A stretch of DNA of 64,000 nt from Alphaproteobacteria bacterium (GCA_965221125.1 CBDCRW010000004.1:640001-704000), one strand, 5' to 3'. Counted from the first letter of the stretch, positions 47,023-57,941 are shown. The notes: a model not told the origin generated them from the sequence alone. Program-made: numbers and translations.

Positions 47023-47193
47023 TCACGCGGCCACGCTCATGACCGGGATGCCGAGCTGGCGGGCCTTGTCGACCAGGTTCCCGGTGATGCCTGAACCGGG
47101 GAACGCAATGACGCCCTTCGGCAGCAGGTTCAGCAGCTCGTCGTTCCGCCTGAAGGGCGCGGCCTTCCCGTGGGCGGTCCAGTCCGGGCGGCA
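47023..47193 (-). pseudogene. 3' fragment of a DUF2493/YspA-like SLOG protein
   Basis: PDWTAHGKAAPFRRNDELL...VIAFPGSGITGNLVDKARQLGIPV. Confidence 0.8.
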
Positions 47194-47470
47194 GCGCGAG
47201 GCGAACGCGGCCGAGATCGACGCGGTGCTTGCCGAGACTGCCGACCGCCCCATCGTCGAGGTCTCGACCCGCGACCCCTGGTGGGGCGCGCGCCCCGTCG
47301 CGGACCGCTTCGAGGGCCACAACGTCCTCGGCCGGCTGTGGATGGAACTGCGCCAGCAGCTCCGCGAGAACGACCCGGCTGCACGCTCCGGCGCCTGGAT
47401 CGGCCGCATCCGCGTCGGCTGCCTCGCCGGCGACGCCCCTCTCGCACAAGCCGCGCCGCAGAACGCCTGA
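47193..47470 (+). pseudogene. 3' fragment of a second NADAR gene
   Basis: REANAAEIDAVL...IVEVSTRDPWWGA...GHNVLGRLWMELR, close to the C-terminal half of 1775-2326. Confidence 0.85.
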
Positions 47471-47605
47471 CCGCATTTGCGCCGACCACCGCAGATCGCG
47501 CCCGCCCATCGCCCCGAGCCGGCGAAAGGGGCGGGCGCTCTGGCTCGGGCGAGGTCGGACGACCGAGAGACGTCCGCGCCGACTCCCCGCATTCAGGAGC
47601 CGCCC

Positions 47606-48631
47606 ATGCCCGACCCCGACACCATCTCCGCCGACTACACGCTGCGCCCCAGCGAGCTCGCCGCCACCCTCAAGATCCTTGTCGAAGCCAGGCAGCCCGT
47701 CATGGTCTGGGGTGGGCCCGGAATCGGCAAGAGCGAGGTCGCGCAGCAGGTCGCCGCCGAAGGCGGCCGCACCTACTACGACGTGCGCGCCTTGCTGCTC
47801 GATCCCGTCGACCTGCGCGGCATCCCCTGGCGCGACGACGACAACCGCACGCGCTGGGCGCCCCCGGACTTTCTGCCACCCACCGACAGCACCGACCTCT
47901 ACCTCGTCAACCTGGAAGAGCTTCCCTCCGGCGTGCCCATGGTGCAGGCGGCGCTCTTCCAGCTCGTCCGCGACCGCAAGTGCGGTGAGTACGAACTGCC
48001 CGAAGGCGCCTCGCTCATGGCCTGCGGCAACCGCGAGGGCGACCGCGGCGTCACCCACCGCATGCCGACCCCGCTGGCATCCCGCTTCGTCCACCTCGAG
48101 ATCAAGGTCGATCCGTCGGACTGGTTGGAATGGGGAGCCGCGCACGGAATCGCGGCCGAGACACTCTTCTTCATCCAGCTCAGGCCGGAGCTTCTGAATG
48201 TGTTCGATCCACAGTCGCGCGAGGCGGCATTCGCGTGTCCCCGCACGTGGGAGTTCGTCTCAAACGTGGTGAACCAGCGCGGCAACCTCGACCCGGCCGC
48301 GGAGCGCGCGCTGTTCCGGGGCGCCGTCGGCGAAGCGGCGGCAGTCGAGTTCTCGGCCTTCCTCAAGGTCTGGCGGGAATTGCCTCACCCGAGGGCCGTC
48401 ATCGACGATCCGGAGAATGCCGACGTGCCCGAGAACGCCAGCGCGCTGATCGCGCTCTGCGGCTCGCTCTACCGCATGGCCGACGACGTCAACCTCGGCT
48501 CGATCGTCTCTTACGCCATGAGGCTCAGGCGCGAGGTGGGCGAGTTCCTCGTGGGCTCCTGCGTGCGCCGCGAGCCCGCGCTCCAGCACACCGACGCCTT
48601 CATCCGCTGGGCCGCCGCACGGACCCAGTGA
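47606..48631 (+). CDS. MoxR-like AAA+ ATPase
   Basis: CAGGAG RBS; GGPGIGKS, DLRGIP, LEEL, ACGNR, PLASRF, CPRTWE. Confidence 0.88.
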   Translation: MPDPDTISADYTLRPSELAATLKILVEARQPVMVWGGPGIGKSEVAQQVAAEGGRTYYDVRALLLDPVDLRGIPWRDDDNRTRWAPPDFLPPTDSTDLYLVNLEELPSGVPMVQAALFQLVRDRKCGEYELPEGASLMACGNREGDRGVTHRMPTPLASRFVHLEIKVDPSDWLEWGAAHGIAAETLFFIQLRPELLNVFDPQSREAAFACPRTWEFVSNVVNQRGNLDPAAERALFRGAVGEAAAVEFSAFLKVWRELPHPRAVIDDPENADVPENASALIALCGSLYRMADDVNLGSIVSYAMRLRREVGEFLVGSCVRREPALQHTDAFIRWAAARTQ

Positions 48632-49547
48632 CCCCCTGCCTAACCTGGCGCCCTTCGCCGGCGGCCTCGCCCACATCGCCGTCGAGCGCGAGTCCCAGGT
48701 CGGCAAGGAGGAGGGAGGCTCCAACTTCACCACCATCGCCAACCAGCTCGCCTTCCTCAACTACCCGGAGATGGCCGCCAGCACGGCGGCATCGAGCTTC
48801 GATCCCCTGGCGCTTGCCGACGGCGACACCGACCTGTTTGTGGTCGCGCCCGAGGAGACCGTCGAGCACGTCAAGGGCTGGCTCCGCCTCTGGGTCGCCA
48901 TCCCCAACGCCGTCGCCGGCGTCAGGCCGCTGGAGCGCGACATGCTGATCGTGATCGACGAGATGCCGCGTATCGGCTACCTCAAGCCGGTGATGGACGG
49001 CTACACCATGGCCGCCGGGAAGGGGGTGCATTTCTGGTGCTTCGCGCAGTCCATCTCGGCGCTGGACTCGTCATGGGGAAAGGAGCACCGCAGGACCCTG
49101 CTGCACTTGGCCGAGGTGGTGCAGGTGCTGGGCTTCCCGAGGACCGACGCCGAAGGCGCAGAGGAGCTTTCCAAGGCGATCGGCACCGCGACGTTCGTGG
49201 GCAGGACCGAGAGCAAGTCGGGGACCGTGGCCGAGAGCCGTGTCGTCACCGCCAACACACAGTGGCAGGCCGGCGAGTCGACGTCCCTCGTGCGCGAGCG
49301 GCTGGTGACGCCCGACGAGCTAATGACCCTGGGCGCCGACCGCCAGTACGTAATCGCGGCGCCCAAGGACATGCCGCGCGATGCGCTGCACCTCCACCAC
49401 GCCCGCTACTGGCACCGTCCCGACGCAGACCGTCTTGCCGATCCCAACCCCTTCGTCATCCGCAAGGAGCGCGCGGCGGGGGCCGGGGGCGGCGGCACGA
49501 GCCTGCTGGCGGGTGGGCTTCGAAGGTTCCTTCAAGGAGCGGCATGA
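48632..49547 (+). pseudogene. C-terminal fragment of a VirD4/TraG type IV coupling protein
   Basis: SSFDP, IDEMPRIG, FAQSISAL, AEELSKAIG, LVTPDEL; no N-terminal membrane anchor or Walker A. Confidence 0.8.
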
Positions 49548-49833
49548 TCGGACACGGGGTTCCGCCGGCAGGGAGGCCGAGGGGCGCCGCACGTAGCATG
49601 TGCAGGACCGTGGTGCTTTACCGCCCCCGGTATTGTTGGGATGGATACTAAATAGACAGGTCATTGGTCAGTTAATTCACACAAAATACACATGCGATGA
49701 GTTATGCTGCGCAGTAGATTTCCCTTCGTCCGGACGGCGCGAACGCTGGAGTGTGCCGGGCGAGTCGGTAGCGCTAACCGACCTGACATTGTTGCGCTTC
49801 GCGTTGGCGCCCTCAATCGAGGAGTGACGGAAG

Positions 49834-50121
49834 ATGGCGTGCTACCTGGTCGCGGACATGCGCATTTCGGACCCGGGGCTCTTTGCCGAGTTTGCAGAGG
49901 CGGTTCCGGCGACGGTCGAACAATACGGCGGCAGATACCTGATCCGGGGCGGCAAGTTCGAAGTGGCGCAGGGCGACTGGACGCCGGACCGCGTGGTCGT
50001 CATCGAGTTCGGCAGCATGGACCAGGCGAAAGCATGGTACGATTCGCCGGAATTCGAGGGCCCCAGGCAAACGCTGGCACGCTCCAGCAACTCCAATTTC
50101 ATTTTCGTCGAGGGCGTGTAG
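49834..50121 (+). CDS. DUF1330 family protein
   Basis: YGGRYLIRGG...EF.S...A.AWY.SPE...VEG. Confidence 0.9.
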   Translation: MACYLVADMRISDPGLFAEFAEAVPATVEQYGGRYLIRGGKFEVAQGDWTPDRVVVIEFGSMDQAKAWYDSPEFEGPRQTLARSSNSNFIFVEGV

Positions 50122-50387
50122 TCCCCACCACAGTGGCTGGCTTGCCTCCCCGATCGGCCGGGTGCGCGCTGCGGCTTGCGTGGAGCGCGCCATGAAAGCG
50201 TCTTTCGGAGCGGAGCGGCAGCCATCCGGCGCCGAACGAGCCGCTATGGCGCCGTTCACCCCGGTCGTCGGGACGTTCGGCATGCGACGCTGAACGAGTC
50301 CGCGCACATGCCCCTGCACGACGGCCGCAACCGGCGACAATTCGAGATCGAACTCGGTTCCGCGCAACGCAGGGTTCCGTCAGGCCA

Positions 50388-52592
50388 ATGAGATCGGCGC
50401 TCATGAACCTGATGTCCGAGCTGCGCGCGGACGTGCTCTCGGGCAACCTGTTCCCTGCGCTGTCGGTCGGCCTGGTCGTGGGCGTAATCGGCTCGGCATA
50501 CCTGATTTCCGTGGGGGCCCTCGTATTCTCAGGCCCGTTGGCGCCGTTTCTGTCCCAGGGCACGATCATGGTGCTGTTCGGCGGATTCGTCGTCTGCCTG
50601 TGGATCGCCCTGACCAGCGGCTACCGCGGCGCGCTCTCGATGACCGCAGTGCCGTCCTCAATGGTGCTGGTCGTGATCGCGTCCACGATCGGCGTGGAGG
50701 GCGATGCGGTCGCGCGCTTCGTGACCACGGCCACGGTCGTGATCATCGGGGCAGTGGCGACGGGCGTCTGCTTTCTGATCGTCGGGCATTTCCGGCTCGC
50801 CAACCTGATCCGGTTCATCCCCTATTCCGTGGCGGGCGGGTTCATCGCCGGGACGGGGGTCCTGCTGTGCGTGGCCGCCCTGTCGCTGATGGGAGTCACG
50901 TCGGAGAGGCAAACCCTCCCCTCGCTCCTGGAGCCCGACGTGCTGTGGAGATGGGCTCCGGGCGTGGCCTACGGTCTCGGCCTCGCCCTAGCCACGAAAC
51001 GTTGGAGCAATCACTTCATTCTGCCGGCGAGCTTCCTGCTCATCGCCGCGCTCTATCATCTGGTCCTGGCCGGCCTCGGCGTCTCTGGAGATGAAGCCAG
51101 GGCGGCGGGCCTGCTGTTCGCCGGCACGGCGGAAGGAGGCCTGTGGCATCCCTTCCAGTCCGACGACGTGACGCGTGTGGATTGGGCCGCGGTAGTCGCT
51201 CAAGTTCCCAACATCCTGACCCTGATCGTGGTGACCCTGATCGCCGTGGCCATGCACCTGAGCGCCCTCGAGCTGGCAGCGAACCTGGAGCTGGAGTGGA
51301 ACAGGGAGTTCAAGGCGGCAGGCGGGGCCGGGGTGCTCGCCGGCCTGGGCGCCGGTCCGGGTGGAAGCCTGATATTCACGTTCTCGATACTCAGCGACAG
51401 GTTTGGGGCGGAAACGCGGCTGACCGGGGTCGTTACCGCTCTGCTGGTGGGTTCCGTCGTCCTCTTGGGCGACTCGATCCTGAACCTGATCCCCGTGCCG
51501 CTCATCGCAGGGATGTTGCTCTTCCTCGGCCTCGGCCTGCTGGATGAGTGGATCGTGAAAGGCCGCCGGCGGCTGCCCTGGACCGAATACGCGATTCTCC
51601 TGCTGATCGCCGCGACTATCGTCTCCCTGGGTTTTCTCGAGGGGGTGGGCGTCGGAATGCTGATCACCATGGTGTTCTTCGCCGTCCGCCTCAGCCGCGT
51701 GGACCTGGTCGAAGCCAGCTATACCGCCCGTGAGCGTCACAGCAACAGGAGCCGTTCCATTCCCGATCGAGCCATCCTGCGGGCGGAGGGAGAGCGGATA
51801 CAGGCGTACCGGCTGCGCGGATACATCTTCTTCGGCAGCGTCGGCCCCCTGCTGGACCGCCTCAGGCAGTCTCTGGACAACACCCCGAGGCCGGCCTGCA
51901 TCCTGCTGGATTTCGGCGCCGTCTCCGGCTTCGATTTCTCGGCCATCAACGGACTGTGCAGGTTCATGCATGCCGCGCAGGCCGTCGGAGCGCGGGTGGT
52001 TCTGAGCGCCGCATCGGAGAAACTCGAGAACGGACTGGAGCGCAACCTTCCCTCCGCCGTTCACGAAAACCTGCTGTTCGAGGCGGACGCGGATCGTGCC
52101 CTGGAAGGCTGCGAGGACATCGTCCTCGCCGCGTGGCGGTCGGTCCCGGACGCGGACAAGGACTCGGGCGACTCGCTGCTGGAGCGCGTGGTCGGCGACA
52201 TGGAGCGCCATCTCGACCGGCAGGTCGTGTTCGAGGACATGGTCGACGAGCTCCGGGACTGGCTGGAGCCTCGCGACTACGACGCCGGCGAGGCCCTCGT
52301 ATCGATTGGCGAGCCGCAGAAGGGCCTGCAACTGCTGATAAAGGGCCAGGCCTCCGCCTTCGATTCCACGGGCGCGCGGCTGTTTCAATGCGGGCCGGGC
52401 GATGCGGTCGAGCCGAGAGCCGCCTTCGGCGCGCATGCGGCCGAGACCGCCATGATCGCGGACCAGCCCTGCCGAACGATGATGCTGACCCCTGCCGCCC
52501 GGCTGTGGCTGGAAGAGAATGAAGAGCAGCTGATCGTGAAGCTCTATCGCTATCTCCTCACCATCGACTCCCGAGGGCACGGACACGCGTGA
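50388..52592 (+). CDS. SulP-family anion transporter with STAS and cNMP-binding-like domains
   Basis: Multi-TM N-terminus, RFIPYSVAGGF, GYIFFGS and LDF..V..FDFSA (STAS), C-terminal cNMP-like fold. Confidence 0.9.
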   Translation: MRSALMNLMSELRADVLSGNLFPALSVGLVVGVIGSAYLISVGALVFSGPLAPFLSQGTIMVLFGGFVVCLWIALTSGYRGALSMTAVPSSMVLVVIASTIGVEGDAVARFVTTATVVIIGAVATGVCFLIVGHFRLANLIRFIPYSVAGGFIAGTGVLLCVAALSLMGVTSERQTLPSLLEPDVLWRWAPGVAYGLGLALATKRWSNHFILPASFLLIAALYHLVLAGLGVSGDEARAAGLLFAGTAEGGLWHPFQSDDVTRVDWAAVVAQVPNILTLIVVTLIAVAMHLSALELAANLELEWNREFKAAGGAGVLAGLGAGPGGSLIFTFSILSDRFGAETRLTGVVTALLVGSVVLLGDSILNLIPVPLIAGMLLFLGLGLLDEWIVKGRRRLPWTEYAILLLIAATIVSLGFLEGVGVGMLITMVFFAVRLSRVDLVEASYTARERHSNRSRSIPDRAILRAEGERIQAYRLRGYIFFGSVGPLLDRLRQSLDNTPRPACILLDFGAVSGFDFSAINGLCRFMHAAQAVGARVVLSAASEKLENGLERNLPSAVHENLLFEADADRALEGCEDIVLAAWRSVPDADKDSGDSLLERVVGDMERHLDRQVVFEDMVDELRDWLEPRDYDAGEALVSIGEPQKGLQLLIKGQASAFDSTGARLFQCGPGDAVEPRAAFGAHAAETAMIADQPCRTMMLTPAARLWLEENEEQLIVKLYRYLLTIDSRGHGHA

Positions 52593-52661
52593 CGGCTCAG
52601 TTTCTGAAACCGGAGTGTGGCGTATGCATGCTGCCGGGGCAGCTGGATCTCGGCTGGGATG

Positions 52662-54114
52662 GATCGTGTCCCGAGGAGTGGTGTAAGAGCGTCGCGCTTT
52701 ACGCGGCATCCGGCGGGTAGGGCCGGGTTATTCAGGCTGCCACAGCGGACAGCTTGATCGTGGGATTGTCGCTCAGGGGAGCGATCGATTCCAGCGTCAT
52801 GTACCTCCTTCCGACGGTCCATTCGTCGTTCTGCTCGAGCAGCACGGCGCCGACGAGGCGGGTGATGGCGTCCTCGTTGGGGAAGATGCCGACGACGTTG
52901 GTGCGTCGCTTGATCTCGCCGTTGACGCGTTCGAGCGGGTTGGTCGAGTGAAGCTTGACCCGGTGCTCCTTGGGGAAGCTCATGTAGGCGAGGACGTCGT
53001 GCTGGGCCTCGTCCATGAGGGCCGCCAGCTTGGAGGCCTTGGGCCTGAGCTGGTCGGCGATCAGGCGCCACTGGGCGGCAGCGGCCTCGGCATCGTCCTG
53101 GGCGAAGGCGGTGGCGACGAAGGCGGAGACGACGCGCCGGCCCTGCTTGCCGGCATGGGCCAGCAGGTTGCGCATGAAGTGGACGCGGCATCTCTGCCAG
53201 GTGGCGCCGAGGATCCGGGTGGTGGCGGCCTTCAGGCCCTTGTGGTCGTCGGAGATCACCAGCTGCACGCCGCGCAGGCCGCGCCTGGTCAGCGAGCGCA
53301 GGAACTCGGTCCAGAAGGTCTCGGCCTCGGAGGCGCCGATCGCCATGCCGAGGATCTCGCGCCGGCCCTGGTCGTTGACCGCGACGGCCACGGTGACCGC
53401 GACCGGGACGATGCGCCCGGCCTCGCGCACCTTCACGTAAGTCGCATCCAGCCAGAGATAGGGCCAGTCGCCTTCGAGCGGGCGGTCGAGGAAGCTGCGG
53501 ATCTTGTCGTCTATCTCCCCGCAAAGGCGCGAGACCTGGCTCTTCGATATCCCGCTCATGCCCATGGCCTGAACCAGTTCGTCGACCGAGCGGGTCGATA
53601 CCCCCTGGATGTAGGCCTCCTGGATCACCGCCGTGAGCGCCTTCTCCGCCGTCCGTCGGGGCTCCAGGAAGCCGGGGAAGTAGCTCCCCTTCCTGAGCTT
53701 CGGAATCTTCAGGTCGACCGTGCCGGCCCGGGTCTCCCAAGGCCGATCGCGGTAGCCGTTGCGCTGGTTGATCCGCTCCGGCGTCCGCGCGCCATGCTCG
53801 GCGCCGGTCAGGCCCTCGACTTCCAGCTCCATAAGGCGCTGCGCAGAGAAGGCGATCATCTCACGCAGCAGATCGGCGTCAGAGCTCTTCTCCAACAGCG
53901 TCCGCAGGGTAAGCTTGTCATCGGTCATCGTGGTTCTCCTTAGGCTCGGGTCGATTCGGATTCACCCAAACCCTAAACCGGAACCGCGATGGCCACCCCG
54001 CTGTGGATAACCGGCTTGGCGCCACCAGACTCGAGGGCGGTCGCGGCGCCAAGCCGGTTACCCACAGCTACCGGGGGTAGCGGGAGCTCCTACACCACGT
54101 CTGGGGACACAACC
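52662..54114 (-). mobile_element. IS256-family insertion sequence
   Basis: ~28-bp imperfect IRs (GTGTCCC..GTGGTGTA.GAGC); 8-bp target duplication CTGGGATG at 52654-52661 and 54115-54122. Confidence 0.93.
52732..53928 (-). CDS. IS256-family transposase
   Basis: [40 protein letters not shown]. Confidence 0.96.
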   Translation of the reverse strand: MTDDKLTLRTLLEKSSDADLLREMIAFSAQRLMELEVEGLTGAEHGARTPERINQRNGYRDRPWETRAGTVDLKIPKLRKGSYFPGFLEPRRTAEKALTAVIQEAYIQGVSTRSVDELVQAMGMSGISKSQVSRLCGEIDDKIRSFLDRPLEGDWPYLWLDATYVKVREAGRIVPVAVTVAVAVNDQGRREILGMAIGASEAETFWTEFLRSLTRRGLRGVQLVISDDHKGLKAATTRILGATWQRCRVHFMRNLLAHAGKQGRRVVSAFVATAFAQDDAEAAAAQWRLIADQLRPKASKLAALMDEAQHDVLAYMSFPKEHRVKLHSTNPLERVNGEIKRRTNVVGIFPNEDAITRLVGAVLLEQNDEWTVGRRYMTLESIAPLSDNPTIKLSAVAA

Positions 54115-54864
54115 CTGGGATGCGCGAGGGCGCGGTCGATCTATGTGGAACCCGAACGCTGATGACATCTGGCGGTTCCGTTAGCTGCAGCGGACTTCGC
54201 TGCGAGCCGGACCAACGGCCCCGCCGGCGGCAATCGCTTTCGGCCTCGTGAGCGCGCTCCCGGCATCTGACGGTGGTGTAATCAGACCATTTGATGGGCC
54301 TCAAGCGGCCCATCCGGGCGAGCCAGCACGGAGGATCGGGTTGCCAGCCGAAACGCTGAAGCGGAACGGGCACGGCCTACCACGGATGGTCACAAAGGAC
54401 CGCGACAGTGCGTGAGAACTGCGGAACGTGAGGGGTATCCACTACCGGGTGTGGGCCGCGATGCGCAAGTCGGTAGACTGACTGCAGATGTGGCGGTAGC
54501 CGTCGAGCGTCGCGTTGATCCGCGACGAGGCTAACGGCGCCGATTGCAAGCTTCCTTACATCAGATATTTAGTCTGATCCCGATCATGGTCAGGAGATGG
54601 CCTGAGAGATCACGAGATAGATTATTCGGGGTGTGCGCCGCCATCTCCCGGTCGGGAGGGGGCTGGAGGAGTCTCCTGGTTCCATCATCGAAGTACCTAT
54701 AGGGTACCGACCAACTCTCGGGAAATCGGGCGGGCGATAATCGAGAAATTGGGAAATCAAGAGAGTCAATGCGGGGATTTCTGAACAAGCTAGGAACATG
54801 TTTTACTTTTCAATGACCCACATTGCATTGCGGGCTTGGGAAAGAGCAGTGAGGAAGAGTCAGA

Positions 54865-55689
54865 ATGAAGAAGATCCTATCGGGCCGTCAACTGGAGCGT
54901 ACAGTCGCCGTGCTGCTGGAGAAGTCCGATTGGACCGTGGAAGTCCAGAGAGCTTGCCATGGTTTGCTGGTCGATATCTGGGCATCAGACAAGCACGGTG
55001 AAAATCTCATTGTAGAGTGCAAAGCTTATCGAAAGCTCTTAGGTGTCGCTACTGCACGTCAGTTTGTAGCCGCTGTCAGTGTGCTCCGTCAGGAGCAACC
55101 CACACTGGAAGCATGGTTGGTTACGATCTCCGGGTTTACACCGAACGCTCTTGCACTGCTTACGCGATACAACATCACGGGCATGACGCTTGAGGAGGTG
55201 TTCGCGAGACTTGGCAAGAATAGGGAAGAGCTGAAGATAGAGGACGTAGACTTAAGAAAGGAAGATAGCCAAGCGTATTCAGGCAGTACGCGAGTGTTTG
55301 TTATCATGCCGTTCAGCGATGATATGTTGGATGTGTTCATTTTGGGCATTCGTTCCGTTACTGAGAAGCTTGACATGGTTGCTAAACGAGCAGATGACAT
55401 TGATCACAGTGGCCAAATCATTGAAGAAATTCAATCTGCAATTCGAGAGTACGATATTGTTATTGGAGATACTTCAGGTGCGAATCCAAATGTCTGTTAC
55501 GAGGTTGGATTTGCGCACGGAGTGGGTAAGCAATGTATCCTAATTTGTAAGAAGGGGAATAAGCTTCCGTTCGATCTTCAGGGGATGAACCATCTCATCT
55601 ACAAGAATATTCTCGATCTTCGGCCCCAGCTTGAAAACAAACTGAAACAAGTCAGGGAGCACACCGATGGTGGGGAAAAGAAACCTTGA
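54865..55689 (+). CDS. Mrr-like restriction endonuclease fused to a nucleoside 2-deoxyribosyltransferase/TIR-like domain
   Basis: VDIWA..LIVECKAY and VTISGFT; C-terminal VFVIMPF..RADD..NPNVCYEVG..LPFD; lower GC. Confidence 0.85.
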   Translation: MKKILSGRQLERTVAVLLEKSDWTVEVQRACHGLLVDIWASDKHGENLIVECKAYRKLLGVATARQFVAAVSVLRQEQPTLEAWLVTISGFTPNALALLTRYNITGMTLEEVFARLGKNREELKIEDVDLRKEDSQAYSGSTRVFVIMPFSDDMLDVFILGIRSVTEKLDMVAKRADDIDHSGQIIEEIQSAIREYDIVIGDTSGANPNVCYEVGFAHGVGKQCILICKKGNKLPFDLQGMNHLIYKNILDLRPQLENKLKQVREHTDGGEKKP

Positions 55690-55784
55690 AGTGGAAGTTG
55701 CGTGGAATGCTACCATGGCCACCACATTGTTGAGGGGCGGCCGCCGTCGACCAAACGGGACAGAGCATAATTGGAGCATCGGAA

Positions 55785-56135
55785 ATGCCTGAGAATAGCG
55801 GCAATAGCGCGTGGCTTGTGACTTGGGAAAACGCTGGCCAGGACAATCGTTCGGTGGAATTGGTATTACCCGATGAACTGCCGGTGGAGCGAGTGAAGTG
55901 GTTGGTTCAAGAGTTGTATCTTGCCAAGACGGCATCAGACGCCGAGAAGCACGATTCAGGTCTCAATCGACGCGTTGCTTATCCTGCGGAAATATCGAAA
56001 ACGAAACGAGGCAATGATCACATTGTGTGCGGCCATAACCCCTATTTGTTGGCCCGGCGCGTCGAAGGTCTGAGCCTCCAGACGGATGATGACGGGGAGA
56101 GGGCCGAATACCTGGTTTGGACCGAGCTTCATTAG
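55785..56135 (+). CDS. Hypothetical protein (116 aa)
   Basis: GGAG RBS; AWLVTWE...CGHNPYLLAR. Confidence 0.7.
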   Translation: MPENSGNSAWLVTWENAGQDNRSVELVLPDELPVERVKWLVQELYLAKTASDAEKHDSGLNRRVAYPAEISKTKRGNDHIVCGHNPYLLARRVEGLSLQTDDDGERAEYLVWTELH

Positions 56136-56177
56136 CACGACCTCACCAGCGCTCCTTAGCAGATTCGCGCAGCGCAC

Positions 56178-57005
56178 GTGACAACCCCTGACAGGAAGGT
56201 GCTCACGGTGACAAAGCCGGACAGGGTGTTCAAAGACCCGTTGTATATGACGGCGTGGCTGGAAGTCGCTTTGGAAAAAGAGCAGGAGAAATACAAAAAG
56301 TGCCCGATCGTGCCGGACATGGCTCCCGGCCACAACGAGGCACAGGCCTGGGGATACATTGTCACCGGGTACTTCCTGGCCGAACAGTCGTTGAAGGCGC
56401 TTCTGTACCTGCGTGAAAAGGAGGCGCCGAAGATGCATCCGCTGTCGACGCTATTCGCTTCGCTTGATGACAACGACAAAGAGATCCTCCGTGAGTTCTA
56501 CAGCGATTACCGAGCGACGGTCGGCGGGATCAGGGGAGAGTTCCGATTCGGCTCTCTCGATGAGTTCCTGGTCAACCTCGACGGCGACATGGGGTCGAAT
56601 CAGGGTTCCCTGGCGTGGCGGTACTACCTCATCGAAGAGGTCCCCGAGATGCCGTATGTCAGCGTGGATTACCTGCACGAGGTGGTGTTCGGATGCACCA
56701 AAATTGTCGAACACGCGAGGAACGGCCGGTTCGATCCTGTCCGATACACCCATAGTTGGCGTTTGCGATGGAAGCGCAAGAGGACATATGGCGCCTGGCT
56801 GCGCGGCCGGATGGGCTCCGCCGGGTGGGACGAGCTCGAGGACAGGCTGGAAATACTCTGGGGGCCGGATTATCGCGGGCGGCACGATTTATGGCTTTTC
56901 GAAGGTACGGGAATGACCGCAAGTTTTTCAACGATCCCCGAGTGCAGCGGCGTTGCGGTCGTCGACAAGCGTGAAGATATTATGGCCCTTCTTTCGCGCG
57001 CTTGA
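56178..57005 (+). CDS. HEPN-like domain protein
   Basis: EQSLKALL...HPLSTLF helical pattern and WRY motif. Confidence 0.65.
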   Translation: MTTPDRKVLTVTKPDRVFKDPLYMTAWLEVALEKEQEKYKKCPIVPDMAPGHNEAQAWGYIVTGYFLAEQSLKALLYLREKEAPKMHPLSTLFASLDDNDKEILREFYSDYRATVGGIRGEFRFGSLDEFLVNLDGDMGSNQGSLAWRYYLIEEVPEMPYVSVDYLHEVVFGCTKIVEHARNGRFDPVRYTHSWRLRWKRKRTYGAWLRGRMGSAGWDELEDRLEILWGPDYRGRHDLWLFEGTGMTASFSTIPECSGVAVVDKREDIMALLSRA

Positions 57006-57014
57006 GCCGTGGTT

Positions 57015-57269
57015 CCATCGACTGGCGATCCGGAAGGCCCCGGAGCGGCCCGACCGGGTGGCGTCGACGGCCCGCTCGGCGTCGCCGGCCGCGGCGAGGA
57101 TGCGCCGGGCATGGCCGAGAGCGGTCTCGCCGAGCGGGGTGAGCCGCACCCCGTCGGGCAAGCGCTCGAACAGGCGACCGCCGAGACGCGCCTCGAGCCG
57201 GGCGATGTCGCGGGTGAGGGTGGGCTGGGTGACGTTGCAGCGCTCGGCGGCCAAGCCGATCCTGCCGGT
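57015..57269 (-). pseudogene. LysR-type regulator HTH fragment
   Basis: TGRIGLAAERCNVTQPTLTRDIARLEARLGGRLFER..VRLTPLG; lacks start and effector domain. Confidence 0.75.
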
Positions 57270-57415
57270 CCCCTGCGCAGCTCATCGAGCTCTTGCCGCG
57301 CCGTCTCCGCATCCGCCCGCGCCGCGTCTTCTGTCTCGGAGAGACCGCCGCATCCCGCGAGCGCAACCACCGCCGCCGCTGCCACGCACCCCGCCGACAG
57401 CCGCAAATCCCGCAT
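57270..57415 (-). pseudogene. N-terminal fragment of a lipoprotein
   Basis: Signal peptide with LAGC lipobox, then joins the LysR fragment out of frame. Confidence 0.45.
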
Positions 57416-57506
57416 TGACACTCGCACCGGCACCGACAATGCTCCGACGCGGTGCCGGAAGGCTCAAAGGACGGCTGCGAGCATCTCGCGCCCCCGCAAC
57501 CAACAA

Positions 57507-57539
57507 AAACGCCGCTGAGACAATATCTTAGCGGCGTTT
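57507..57539. terminator. Hairpin / probable terminator
   Basis: AAACGCCGCTGAGA-caata-TCTTAGCGGCGTTT. Confidence 0.55.
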
Positions 57540-57941
57540 CTGATTCTTCGCAGTTTCTTCCGAAATGGGTTTCGGAATGTCCTCGGAGCGGACTTTAAGA
57601 GTACTCCAGGCACCTCTAGGCATCTCCCGACGTGTAACCTTTCGGGCTAGCCGAGGAGGAGCCGAGGAGCCCAGATCAGCGGCGATCCGCTGTCCACTCC
57701 GAACCACATAGTGGGCTGTTGCTGCTCTAATCGAAGTTCCAAGGTTCCGAGACTGACAGGTGCAGTCTCACTGGGAGCGCGTCGAAGGCGACGATGCGAT
57801 ACCCTGCCACCACAATCGAAGCAGATCGGCAGGCAGCTCTGGGGAGTGCAACAAATTCGGGACGCGTTCGGGAGACGTTCGGGGACTGCGTGCTCGTTGC
57901 AGTATTACAGTCCCGCATCTGTTCATGAAGGAGGCGTAATC

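Noticed and set aside
49834-52592. DUF1330 and SulP as part of a novel system
   Set aside because: Both are common families and nothing in the sequence links them functionally to the neighbouring mobile genes.
510-53943. Many long antisense or alternate-frame ORFs (e.g. 510-1913, 3493-5490, 15742-17874, 41688-44429, 50988-52709)
   Set aside because: They are shadows of well-supported genes in high-GC DNA, are Arg/Gly/Ala-rich and have no family motifs.
54865-57005. Integron cassette array
   Set aside because: No attC-like RYYYAAC...GTTRRRY palindromes between the genes and no integron integrase with the IntI patch.
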